Shown in pieces: positions 50,905 to 60,952 of a stretch of DNA of 64,000 nt. The notes under the pieces are model-generated. The model was not told the DNA's origin. It worked only from the letters and a program-made list of their open reading frames with translations, and did not search any database. This DNA is from an uncultured Spirochaetota bacterium. GTDB lineage: Bacteria > Spirochaetota > Spirochaetia > SZUA-6 > CAVTHK01. Within the stretch, counting starts at the first letter, position 1, and each line of letters opens with the position of its first letter. Location of the stretch: NCBI GenBank assembly GCA_963734495.1, contig CAVTHK010000008.1, positions 1 through 64,000 on the forward strand. Direction: 5' to 3'. The position numbers and the translations under genes were made by a program.

Positions 50905-53447
50905 ATGAAGGCAGACGGCGGCACGGTACGGCTCGATCGCGGATGGCAGGTTGCGCGTGTGGCGGCTCTCGCCGAGGGACCGTTCGACGGCGAACAGCTC
51001 GCGTGGATCGACGCGGTGGTTCCGGGCGCGGTTCAATACGATCTCGTGAGGGCGGGGCTGCTGGACAACCCCTTCCGCAGCACCGATGCGGCGCGCGCGG
51101 CCGAGTGGGTCGCGGAATCCGACTGGCTCTACCGCGTGCGGTTCGACGCGCCGCAGCGGCGGCGACGCGCCGGCGGCGCCGCGGGCGCGGCCGGCGCGGG
51201 CTGCGGGCCTTTCTCGATCTCCAGGGGATCGACACGTTCTCCGACATCCGGGTCAACGGCGAGCCGGTGGGCTCGACGCGGAACGCCTATCGCGGCTACC
51301 AGTTCGAGCTGCGCCCCGGCCTGCTCAAGGCGAAGGGCAACGAGCTTACCGTGCGCGTCAAAGCGCACGGCAGGATGATCCGCGCCTTGGTGCCCGAGGC
51401 GAAGAGGATGGGCCGCGAAGGGGACGTCACCGGCCTGCTCGGCAAGTCGCTGATCCGCCGCTACCAGCGGAACTTCTACGGGGGCTCCAGCCTTCTCAAC
51501 CTCGGCACCGGGGTCCTCGGCATCGGGATCAACAAGCCGGTCGAGCTGCGGTTCTACCCGGGAGCAAGGATCAAGGACCAGCTCGTCCGTGTCGTCGGCC
51601 TTTCGGAGGCCCAGGCGGAGGTCGCGGTCGCCGTCGACATCGATGCGGCCCGCGATGCGAGGGAGCTCGTCGTAACCGCTGCGCTGGGCGAGCCGGGCGC
51701 GGGAAAGCCCGTGGCCTCGGGCAGCGCCGCGGTCAAGGCCGGCCGCGCGGAGCTGCGCCTGACGGTCCAGCGTCCAAAGCTGTGGTGGCCCTCCGGCTAC
51801 GGCGAGCAGGCGCTCTACGACCTGAGGCTCGAGCTCACCGCCGGCGGCCCGGCGGTGGACGCCTCGGAGTCCCGCGTGGGTCTGCGGCGGGTCGAGCTCG
51901 CAAGGCGCCTCGATAACGGCAAGGACACCTTTCAGCTCCGGGTCAACGGCCGCCGCATCCACTGCCGCGGCTACAACCTGATCCCGGTCGACTACATCAA
52001 GGTGCACGGCGAGTGGGAGGAGTACCAGAGGCTGCTCGAGCTCGTAAAGGCCTCGGGCGCGAACATCATCCGCATCTGGGGCGGAGGGGCGGTCGAGGAC
52101 GAGCGGTTCTACCGGGCCTGCGACGAGCTGGGCATCATGCTGTGGCAGGATTACTTCCTCCACAGCAACGTCTACCCCGACTACGACGCGGAGTGGGTCG
52201 AGGAGTTCAGGCAGGAATCCGTGGAGCTCACGAAGCGGCTGCGCAACCACGCCTGCCTCGCCATGCTCTGCGGCGGCAACGAGCAGCAGGAAGGGTGGGA
52301 CGAGTGGGGGTGGAAGGACGACATGGACCGGTTCTACGGCGAGCCGCTGGTCCGCGAGCTCCTTCCCAGGGTGGCGGCCGAGCACTGCCCGGACGTGCCC
52401 TACGTCCCGAACTCGCCGCACGGCAGGAACTTCGCCCAGTCTCCCGTCGACGGCGACATGCACTGCTGGGGCAACTTCTACAATTCCACGAAGGACCCCA
52501 CGTTCGTCACGGAGAGCTGCTGGAACCTCGAGAGCTATTCCCGGCCCCAGACACTGCTCAAGGCGATGGGGCTCGACGTCGACCGCCTCGACCAGCGGGG
52601 CTGGCACAAGGAGTGGAAGCGCATCACCGGCCTGCCGCTCATCAACCGGTTCCCGTTCAGCACGTACTTCGACGTGAGCTCGCTCCGGGGCTACCTGCAC
52701 TCACTCGAGGTCGAGCACGCCCTCGCGGACTACCACGCGTTCTCCAACCTGCGGCTGCGCAGCAGCTCGTGCAACGGGATCCTGTACTGGTCTCTCAACA
52801 AGGGCGGCCCGCTGTTCGGGTTCGGCTGCATCGACTACCTCGGCTACCCGCTGATGAGCTACTACGTGACGAAGCGCCTGTACGCCGACGCGGTCGTGGG
52901 CGTCTACAGGGACGCCGACGACGTGCGGGTCATGTGCTCGAACGAGGGACAGGCAGAGCTGAAGGGAACCCTCCGGGTGCGTCACATGGCTGCCGGCGGT
53001 CGGGTGCTCGGTCGGTGGGAAAGCGCCGTGGAGGTCCCGTCGGGGAAGACCATGCGCGTGCTGGACCTCCCCGGCCGTTACGCGGAGGTGGGCGACCGGC
53101 TCTCCGAGGTCGTGCACGCCGCGCTCTATGACGGCGACCGGCTCGTATCCGAAGACACGCTGTTCTTCTGCCCGTTCGCGGAGTTCGCGCGGGCCGCCTC
53201 GCCCCTCGCGGTCAAGGCGGCGAGGGCGGGCGACGGCTGGACGCTCGAGATCGAGTCGTCCCAAGTCTGCAAGATGGTGGAGCTCGAGACCGAGGCGCGC
53301 GTCGTGTTCAGCGACAACTACTTCCCGCTGGTCCCCGGCGTCCGCAAGATCGTGCGGATGTCGCCGCTGGCCGGGGCTCCGTTGCCCGACTCGGTCTCGG
53401 TCGGGGTCACCGACGGCGCGCCGCCCGCGAAGGTTTCGCCGGGCTGA
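50905..53447 (+). CDS. Glycoside hydrolase family 2 (beta-mannosidase-like), frameshifted near 51150-51205
   Basis: AVVPGAVQYDL..DNPF, GIDTF, PKLWWPSGYGEQALY, NIIRIWGGG, CDELGIMLWQD, GGNE, GDMHCW. Confidence 0.9.
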
Positions 53448-53471
53448 GCCGCTCGCGACCGGGGCGCGAGT

Positions 53472-53500
53472 TTGCGCGGGGCGTCGCCCGCGCATACAAT
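53472..53500 (+). promoter_or_regulatory. Promoter for a probably leaderless LuxR gene
   Basis: TTGCGC-17-TACAAT; GTG start 6 nt downstream; no SD. Confidence 0.6.
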
Positions 53501-53506
53501 CTCGAT

Positions 53507-56443
53507 GTGAAGCGGCGAACCTCCGCCGGGCGGCACGGTGCGGGCTTTGGGGCTTCATCTCTCGTGGGCCGGCAATCCGAGATGGAACGGCTCGTGGGTC
53601 TCCTCGGCTCGTCGATGCGGGGCAGGGGAGCGGTCGTCACGATCACGGGCGACCACGGCGTCGGCAAGACTCGTCTGGCGCGGGAGCTCTGCGCCCTTGC
53701 GGAACGGGCCGGCGCCGGGGTGCTGTGGGGGCAGGCGCGCGACGACGAGGGCTCGCCGGCATACGGGCCCTGGGCCGAGATCGTCATCCGCCACATCGAA
53801 CGCGTGGGAAGGGCGCGGGCCCGCGCCCTGATGGGAGGCGGCGCGGGCGACATCGCGAGGATGCTTCCCGGTCTCGACACCCGTCGTTCCCCCGCATCGC
53901 AGTCTCCTGAGCCACCGTCGCCCGAGGCGCGCTTCCGCCTCTTCGTCTCCATGCGAAGCTACCTCCGGCGAGTGGCCGATGCAGGCCCGCTCGTGCTCGT
54001 CCTGGACGACCTGCACTACTGCGATCCCGACAGCCTGCGCCTGCTCGAAGCGGTGGCCGACGACCTGCGCGACAGCAGGACGCTGCTGGTCGGCACTTGC
54101 GTCGAGAAGCGGGCCGCGCGCCATCCCGCTCTCGCCGCCGTCCTCGAAGGCCTGACCAAGCTGCCGTGGCACGAGCGACTCGCGATCGGCAACCTGAGCC
54201 GCGAGGAGACCCACCGCCTGCTGGCGCGCGAGGTCGGCGACGAGAGCGCGGCTGGGTTCGCCGATCTCGTCCATGCGCGGACCGACGGGAACCCGCTGTT
54301 CGTCATCCAGGCTGCGCGCGCCCTCGCGACCCGCGCGGCACGCAGCCCCGCGGCGGCGCCCGGCGAGGGGTGGGAGCGCGGGGCGGCGGAGAGCGCCGGG
54401 ATCCTCGCGACCCGCAGGATGGCGCGCCTGTCGGAGGCCGCGCGCGGGCTCGTGCGGATGGCCGCGGTCCTCGGACGCGACGTCGACGTCGGGCTCCTGG
54501 CGCGGGCCGCTTCACTGGCTCCCGCCCGCGTGAGGAGGCTCCTGGGCGAAAGCGTCGAAGAAGGGCTGATCGCGGACGACGGCGGCGACCGCTTCCGGTT
54601 CGCGCATGAGATCGTGCAGAGCGGCATCCTGGAAACCCTCGCGCCGGCAGCTCGATCCTCGATCCACCGCGCCGCCGGCGAGGCGCTGGAAGCGGTGAGA
54701 GCCGAAGGCGCTGCGGTGGAGCCGGCTGCGCTCGCATGGCATTTCGAGGCTGCAGGCATCGAGTGCCGCGACAAGGCCGTCCGTTACCTCCGCGAGGCCG
54801 GCACGAAGGCGCTCGAGTCCGCGGCGTACGACACGGCGCTCAGGTGCTTCGACGCCGCAAGCCGGGACCCGCAGATCTCCGTGTCGCAGCGGGCCGAGCT
54901 CGCATCGCTCAGGGCCCGCTCCCTCTTCGCGCTGGGCCGCTTTCTCGACGTGACGCCGCGCCTCGCCGAGGCTTTCGACCTCTACGAGGCGGCAGGGGAC
55001 ACGCAGCGCGCGGCCGGGACGGCGCAGTTTGCCGACTATCCCGGAGCCGCGGCGCGGCTGCCGCGCGAGGATCTGCGGAGGCTGCAGGCGCGCGCGCTGT
55101 CCGCCGTCCCACCCGATTCGGTCGCGGCCGCGGGCCTGCTGTGCGCCCTCGCCGAAGGCCGCTCGTACGCGGATCACCGCGGGGCTGCCTCTTCTTTTGC
55201 CCGCGCGCTCGACCTGGCGCGCGCGCACGGCGATCGCGGGCTCGAGTCGAGGGTGCTCCATGCGTGGGCCTGGCTCGAGTACCGGACCCTGAACATGCCC
55301 GAGTGCTTGCGGATGGGCGCGCAGGCGCTCGAGATCGCGCGTGAGACGCGCGACCGCGATTCGGAGCTCGTCTTCGGCGGCCGCCTCGGCGTCTGGAGGC
55401 TCTGCGCCGGCGACTGCCGTGGCGCGGAGGAGCTTGCCCGCGACCTGAGGAGCGCGGGCGAAGGGATGCGCTCCAGCGTGTGGGCGTATGACCTGCAGGC
55501 GCTCATCAGGCTGCTCGCCGTCTGGAGGGGCCGGTGGAGCGACTACCATCGGGAGGTGAAGCACGCGCAGTGGCTGCGGGAGCCGGGGGTCGTCTCGCGG
55601 GAGAAGCCGGCATCGGGCGAACCGGTCGGGATCAGGACGGCCGCCGAGGTCCTCGCCATCGTCGAATCAAATCCCGACTACTACATCGACCCGGACCGGA
55701 TCGCGGCGCGCGCGGCCGGTGCCGCGGACGCTTCCCGCGCGCTCGGAGATCGAAGCTGCGTCGAGCAGGTCAAGCGTCTGGCCGAGCGCGCGCTTGCGAT
55801 GGAGCCGAGCTCGTGGGGCAATCTCCACGCACTCGTCGCCCTCGGAGTTGCCGCGGTGATGGAGTCGGACCTCGAGTCGCTGCGCAGAGTCTGTACGCCG
55901 GAGCTGGCCGCCGCGCCGGCTGACTTCATCCTGGAATGTCCGGGCTATGCCATTGACAGCGTCCGCGGGCTCTTCTGGGGCCGGCTCGGGAAGGACGCCG
56001 AGGCTCGGCGCTATTTCGACGCCGCGCTCGCGTTCAGCCGGCGCGGCGAGCTCATCTGGGAGCACGCGTGGACCTGCTGCTACTATGCCGCATTCCTCGC
56101 CCGGCGCGGCGAGTGGGCGAGGGCGCGAGCGCTCGCCGCGGAAGCGCGTCGGATCGGCTGGGGGCTGGGCATGCTCGGGTTCGAGCAGGAGCTGGCCGAG
56201 GTGGAGCGCACCGTCGGGGAGCCTCTGCCGGACGGCTTGACCGAGCGCGAGCTGCAGGTGATCCGCCTGGTCGCGGCGGGACGGTCGACCAAGGAGATCG
56301 CGGGCGATCTCTCCATCAGCCATCACACCGCCACCAATCATCTCCGCCACATCTACCGCAAGGCTCGCGTCACCAACCGCGTCGACCTGGCGCGCTACGC
56401 CGCGGACAAGCGGATCGTTCCGGCCGCGGGCGCGTCGAAGTAA
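53507..56443 (+). CDS. LAL/MalT-like regulator: STAND AAA ATPase, helical repeats, LuxR HTH
   Basis: LVGRQSE, GDHGVGKT Walker A, LVLDDLH Walker B, TDGNPLF, LTERELQV..G.STKEIA..HLRHIYRK. Confidence 0.92.
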   Translation: MKRRTSAGRHGAGFGASSLVGRQSEMERLVGLLGSSMRGRGAVVTITGDHGVGKTRLARELCALAERAGAGVLWGQARDDEGSPAYGPWAEIVIRHIERVGRARARALMGGGAGDIARMLPGLDTRRSPASQSPEPPSPEARFRLFVSMRSYLRRVADAGPLVLVLDDLHYCDPDSLRLLEAVADDLRDSRTLLVGTCVEKRAARHPALAAVLEGLTKLPWHERLAIGNLSREETHRLLAREVGDESAAGFADLVHARTDGNPLFVIQAARALATRAARSPAAAPGEGWERGAAESAGILATRRMARLSEAARGLVRMAAVLGRDVDVGLLARAASLAPARVRRLLGESVEEGLIADDGGDRFRFAHEIVQSGILETLAPAARSSIHRAAGEALEAVRAEGAAVEPAALAWHFEAAGIECRDKAVRYLREAGTKALESAAYDTALRCFDAASRDPQISVSQRAELASLRARSLFALGRFLDVTPRLAEAFDLYEAAGDTQRAAGTAQFADYPGAAARLPREDLRRLQARALSAVPPDSVAAAGLLCALAEGRSYADHRGAASSFARALDLARAHGDRGLESRVLHAWAWLEYRTLNMPECLRMGAQALEIARETRDRDSELVFGGRLGVWRLCAGDCRGAEELARDLRSAGEGMRSSVWAYDLQALIRLLAVWRGRWSDYHREVKHAQWLREPGVVSREKPASGEPVGIRTAAEVLAIVESNPDYYIDPDRIAARAAGAADASRALGDRSCVEQVKRLAERALAMEPSSWGNLHALVALGVAAVMESDLESLRRVCTPELAAAPADFILECPGYAIDSVRGLFWGRLGKDAEARRYFDAALAFSRRGELIWEHAWTCCYYAAFLARRGEWARARALAAEARRIGWGLGMLGFEQELAEVERTVGEPLPDGLTERELQVIRLVAAGRSTKEIAGDLSISHHTATNHLRHIYRKARVTNRVDLARYAADKRIVPAAGASK

Positions 56444-56537
56444 CCGCCGCGCATGGCGGAGCCCTGCCATACGCGCGCGCGAGGGATGGGTGCATTCCGT
56501 CATTTCGCCGTGACTCGGTCTCTACGACGCTGGGCCC

Positions 56538-57260
56538 ATGGGAGAACCGTTTGGGTTTGCGGCGCCGGGAAAGGTCTCGCTTCGCGTCTCGAGCCTCCGG
56601 GCGGGCGAAGAGAGCGAGCCGTCGCGCCGGAGCGCGGCGCTCGGCGAACGGCCCCTTGCGGCGCTCAAGCTGGGCCTGCTGGCTGCAGGCGCTGCGGCGA
56701 TGCTCCTCGCGGCGGGGCACAGGCCGCCGCTGCTGCGTTCGGTGGCTTCGCCCGCAGCGGGAGTGGAGCTGCGCTACCCCGCGGGCTGGCACGCGGACTG
56801 GAGCGCCTCCTGCGCCGTCGCCGCCTGGGAGCAGCCGCCAGGGGCCGTCGCCAAAGGGTGCCGCGTCTTCCTTATGCGCCTCTCATGGCCGGCGTTCGAA
56901 GATCTCCACTACCTCCTGCTGCACCGCGCGCCGCCCGCGGGATGGCGCGAGCAGAACAGCGGCATTCTCGCCGCCGCGGCGGCCTGTTTCGGAGCCGCCT
57001 CGCTCTGGGAGTGTCCGCCTGCCGAGCACGTCGCGCTCGGGGGACGGCCGGCCGAGATGCTGCTGTCGCGCTGCGGCGGCGACTGGACGGCTCTGGTCGT
57101 GGCTCCCGGCGAAGACCTGGTTCTCGCCGGCTTCAGCGCGCCGACGGCAAAGGACCTCAGGCGGGTCTGGAAGGCCTGGCTGGCCATGATCGCGGACGCG
57201 CGACTCGACGGGCACCCGCCCCCGGCCGCCCGCGCGGTTGCGGCGGCGCCTACTCCTTGA
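56538..57260 (+). CDS. Hypothetical membrane-anchored protein
   Basis: Hydrophobic segment then VELRYPAGW and several Cys; directly downstream of the LuxR gene. Confidence 0.5.
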   Translation: MGEPFGFAAPGKVSLRVSSLRAGEESEPSRRSAALGERPLAALKLGLLAAGAAAMLLAAGHRPPLLRSVASPAAGVELRYPAGWHADWSASCAVAAWEQPPGAVAKGCRVFLMRLSWPAFEDLHYLLLHRAPPAGWREQNSGILAAAAACFGAASLWECPPAEHVALGGRPAEMLLSRCGGDWTALVVAPGEDLVLAGFSAPTAKDLRRVWKAWLAMIADARLDGHPPPAARAVAAAPTP

Positions 57261-57582
57261 GGACGAGGTAGACCGTCAGGCGCGCCCGCGCCCCGTCGCC
57301 TGCGACGGCGCCGTCGAGCCTCAGCCACCCGCCGAAGTGCGTGACCCTCACGAAGAAGCTTCCGACGCGGTCGATCCGGGGAAGGCACGTGTCGTCGTCC
57401 ATCCATTCGATCCCGTCGACCGAGAGCTGCACCGTCGCGCGCAGCACCGGGGACCCTTCGATTTCGTGCACGCGGACCACGAACATCGCCTCGCTCGCCC
57501 AGCCGCACTCGTACGGCTCGGTCCGGAAGCCTCCCGCGAACCAGCTCATCCGCTCCAGGACGACAGTCTGGAAGTTGCGCAT
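57250..57582 (-). CDS. Uncharacterised small beta-rich protein (110 aa)
   Basis: MRNFQTVVLER...TEPYECGWASEA...VQLSVDGIEW...HFGGWLRL...YLVLKE; coupled to the upstream gene. Confidence 0.8.
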   Translation of the reverse strand: MRNFQTVVLERMSWFAGGFRTEPYECGWASEAMFVVRVHEIEGSPVLRATVQLSVDGIEWMDDDTCLPRIDRVGSFFVRVTHFGGWLRLDGAVAGDGARARLTVYLVLKE

Positions 57583-57584
57583 GA

Positions 57585-58550
57585 TCACTCCCGGCCGCCG
57601 GCCACCGGACTGGACGACAACACGGCAGAGTCCACGAACAGGAACGCCCTGCGGTCGGTGTCGGATTCCACGAAGACGTTCGAGTTGAGCAGCGCGCGGA
57701 TCCGCGGGTAAGGCTCCACCAGGGTCGGCCTGCAACCGCGGAGGTCGAAGACCCGATCCGCGCACCTCAGCTCCACGTACTCGCGCTTCGCCATGTCGAT
57801 CAGGAGCGAGAAGTAGTGCCAGTTGAGCTTGTCGTTCGTCTCGTTCCAGCAGAGGTCCTGCCTGCCGTCCGGCACGTCCTCGAAGCCTTCGCCGCCGCCG
57901 TCTTCGGTGCGTTTCCCGTACAGGTGCGCGTCGATGCCGCGCTTGATGCTCGGGACGTGAGTCGCGTCCGCCGAGGCCGGGTCGCCGCCCACGGCGCTCT
58001 GGCCGGTCTCGCCCCAGTCCTCGTCCCTGCCCGGCTTCGCCCTGAAGTACTGCCAGCGATGCTGCAGCTTCCCGCCTGCCGAGTTCATGTGGCGGACGCC
58101 GATGAAGTAGCGTTTCTCCGCGTCCTGGATGTCCCACATGAACCCGAAAGCGCGCAAGTCGTTCTCGCCGATCCCCGGCCGGTCCTGCTCGACCTTGAGG
58201 CCGAAGATCATCTCGAACTTCAGGAGCTCGCGGCGGACGAACGTGATCCGTTTGAGCGCCTGGGCCGTACTGCCCCTCGCCGGCAGCTCGGACGGCGGAG
58301 CGGCAACCGGCCGCGTCGCGACCTTGAGGCAGTAGGTCCCGGAAAACGATCCGAACGTGCCGACGAGCGTAAAGGGGATCGAGCTGAGCATGGGGGGCCC
58401 GACCATCGTGAACCGCTGCTGGGCCGGGAAATACTCCAGCTCGTCCTGCTTGAGGTTGGGGGCGTAGGCTGTCCACCCGCACAAGCCGCTGTCGAAGTCG
58501 TCGTGGAAGATGAGGCGCGGCAGAGGCTCGTAGATCCCAATCGTCCCCAT
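57585..58550 (-). CDS. Uncharacterised cytoplasmic protein (DUF6772-like from memory, unverified; possible beta-sandwich)
   Basis: PLPRLIFHDDFDSGLCGW, PPMLSS, GTFGSFSGTYCLKVAT, WNETNDKLNWHYFSL; AGGAGG SD. Confidence 0.8.
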   Translation of the reverse strand: MGTIGIYEPLPRLIFHDDFDSGLCGWTAYAPNLKQDELEYFPAQQRFTMVGPPMLSSIPFTLVGTFGSFSGTYCLKVATRPVAAPPSELPARGSTAQALKRITFVRRELLKFEMIFGLKVEQDRPGIGENDLRAFGFMWDIQDAEKRYFIGVRHMNSAGGKLQHRWQYFRAKPGRDEDWGETGQSAVGGDPASADATHVPSIKRGIDAHLYGKRTEDGGGEGFEDVPDGRQDLCWNETNDKLNWHYFSLLIDMAKREYVELRCADRVFDLRGCRPTLVEPYPRIRALLNSNVFVESDTDRRAFLFVDSAVLSSSPVAGGRE

Positions 58551-58641
58551 GCTTTTCCCTCCTGGCCCGCGCCCAAAGGTACAGAAAAAGCCTCGGCCGC
58601 GGGACTGGATCCCGTCGCCCCGGGTGGCCCCGCGTCCAGAC

Positions 58642-58669
58642 TTGACAACGCGCCGGCTTGGTCTATGGT
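58642..58669 (+). promoter_or_regulatory. Promoter of the second ABC operon
   Basis: TTGACA-16-TATGGT in the divergent intergenic region. Confidence 0.5.
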
Positions 58670-58721
58670 GAAGGCACGCAGCCGCCGCCGGCGGTGCGCA
58701 GACTTTCGAGGAGGTGGAAGG

Positions 58722-60007
58722 ATGCGAAACATGCGAGCAGCGATTCTCGTGACTCGTGCTCGTTCCGGGCATGTTCCTCTATGCCGGAGGGGGGACCGAG
58801 CCGAAGGCCGCGGCCGCAGGTCCTGTCAAGCTCACGTTCTGGGCCTGGGGCCCTCACGTCGAAGCGGTCAACAAGGAGATCGGCCCTGCGTTCAACAAGC
58901 TGCACCCCAACGTGACGGTCGAGGCCGTCTCGATGGGACCCTGGGACCTGATGGACAAGTTCTACACCTCGATCGTCACGGGCAAGGGGCTGCCCGACTC
59001 GGCCAACCTCGTCCGCCGTGTCATCGCTAAGTACCTCATCCCCGAGCTTCTTTACGACTTTACGAGCTTCGTGCAGCCGAAGGCCAAGGACTTTCCGGCG
59101 GCCTTCATCAAGGACGTGACCTCATCTGACGGGAAGATCCTCGCGATCCCCCCCGACTACGGCCCCGGAGTCGTGTACTACGACATTGCGCTGGCCAAGA
59201 AGCTCAACGTCGACGTCACGAAGATCAAGACGTGGCAGGACTACTACGAGCTGACGAAACGCTTGAGCGCCAGCAACCCCGACGTCTACATGCACCCGAT
59301 GTTCTACCCCGGAGCCTCGTGGGGCTCGAACCAGTGGAAGCTCTTCGCCCAGGGCGCCGGCGGGAACATCTACGACGAGAAGGGCAAGGTCATCCGAGAC
59401 AACAAGCTGCTCAGGGAAGTGACGCGAGTTCTACTACAAGCTGCACACGGACGTGAAGTGCGCAAAGGGGAAGGTCAACGACCCGGCGATTTACGACATC
59501 CTCCGCCAGGGCAAGCTGCTCTTCTGGCCCTCCAACTCCTACCGCGCGATGGAGATCGCGGCGCAGGACCCGTCGCTCAACCTCAAGCTCGGCACCTTCC
59601 CGTGGCCGCTCTGGAAGGAAAACGCCCCTGCCTACACCGGCAACTGGGGCGGCGTGGCCATCGTCGTGCCGAAGAAGGGGCCCAACGTCGACATCGCCGC
59701 GGAGTTCTCCGAGTTCTACGCGACCAACGAGACCGCGCTCACCGGCCTGTTCTTCTCGACGACGGGTGTCCCCACCTACGCGCCGGTGCAGAGCAAGATC
59801 CTGGCGATGAAGGACCGCCAGGCCTTCGCGGTGGACCTGATCAAGAGCATCACGGCGCGCGAGGTGGCGCCGTGGACCTTCGTCGAGTGGTCTCAGACCG
59901 AGAAGATCCTCGGCGACGGGCTGGACAACATGTTCGCGAACAACCAGGACCCCGCTCAGGCCTGGAACGGCATCGAAGCGCAGCTGATCAAGATCCTCGG
60001 CCTGTAG
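58722..60007 (+). CDS. Sugar ABC substrate-binding protein, two frameshifts (about 58751 and 59426)
   Basis: GAGGAGG SD, LYAGGGTE spirochaete-type signal, LTFWAW, FNKLHPNVTV, GNWGG; total length is consistent with two extra bases. Confidence 0.88.
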
Positions 60008-60030
60008 AGCTCTGCGGAGCTCTCCTGAGC

Positions 60031-60070
60031 AGGCGGCGGAAGCGGGGACGGCCCGCTCCGCCGCCTCTTT
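60031..60070 (+). terminator. Hairpin or partial terminator after the second SBP
   Basis: AGGCGGCGGA(A)GCGGG / CCCGCTCCGCCGCCT followed by CTTT. Confidence 0.5.
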
Positions 60071-60085
60071 CCCCGGGGAGACGGC

Positions 60086-60952
60086 GTGTTCAACCGCAAG
60101 TACAGCCCCTACCTGTTCACGGCTCCGTTCGCGATCATGTTCCTCGCGTTCTGGGTCTGGCCCATCGTCCAGTCGCTCCTCTGGAGCCTGCTCGACTGGG
60201 ACGGCATCAGGAAGGCGAAGTTTGTCGGCCTGCGCAACTACTTCGCGCTGTTCCGCGAGACGGTCTTCCTGGTGTCGCTCCGCAATACCGTGGCCGCGGC
60301 CGTCGTCTACATCGCGCTCCTCGTGCTCCTCGCGCTCGTCATAGCCGTCGGGCTCAATTCGCAGATGCTCGCGGGCAGGACCGTGTTCCGATCCGCGTTC
60401 TTCATCCCCGTCACCGTCTCGCTGCCGGTCGTCGCGCTGATCTTCATGATCATCTACACACCGCACAACGGCATCCTCAACAAGATCTTCGGGCTCTTCG
60501 GGGCACGGCAGACGGACTGGCTCGGCAATCCTCACACGGCCCTCGGATCGATCGTGGCGCTCAGGCTCTGGCGGGCGGCTGGCTATTACTCCGTCTTCGT
60601 TCTGGCGGGGCTCCAGGCGATTCCCCGGGAGACGGTGGAGGCGAGCGTGATCGACGGCGCCTCTTCGCTCCAGAGCGGCTTGTTCGTCATCCTGCCGCAG
60701 CTCAAGCCCGTGCTCGTCTACGTCGCCATCGCGTCGTCCGTGTGGGCTTTTCAGCTCTTCGAGGAGCCGTGGATCCTGACGGAAGGCGGGCCCGCCAACG
60801 CGACGTCCACGGTCGGCATCCACATCTACACCAACGGTTTCAAGTTCTTCAAGCTCGGCTACGCATCCGCCAGCGCGTACCTGCTGGCCATGATCATCCT
60901 CGGATTCGCCCTGCTGCAGCTCGGCGCCGCGCGAGAGGGGCGCCAGACGTGA
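60086..60952 (+). CDS. Carbohydrate ABC permease (MalF-like)
   Basis: FVGLRNY, EASVIDGA, TEGGPAN, LGYASA. Confidence 0.93.
   Translation: MFNRKYSPYLFTAPFAIMFLAFWVWPIVQSLLWSLLDWDGIRKAKFVGLRNYFALFRETVFLVSLRNTVAAAVVYIALLVLLALVIAVGLNSQMLAGRTVFRSAFFIPVTVSLPVVALIFMIIYTPHNGILNKIFGLFGARQTDWLGNPHTALGSIVALRLWRAAGYYSVFVLAGLQAIPRETVEASVIDGASSLQSGLFVILPQLKPVLVYVAIASSVWAFQLFEEPWILTEGGPANATSTVGIHIYTNGFKFFKLGYASASAYLLAMIILGFALLQLGAAREGRQT

Noticed and set aside
53507..56443. STAND ATPase as an Avs-type antiphage system
   Set aside because: C-terminal LuxR HTH and no N-terminal effector domain identify a LAL-type transcription regulator.
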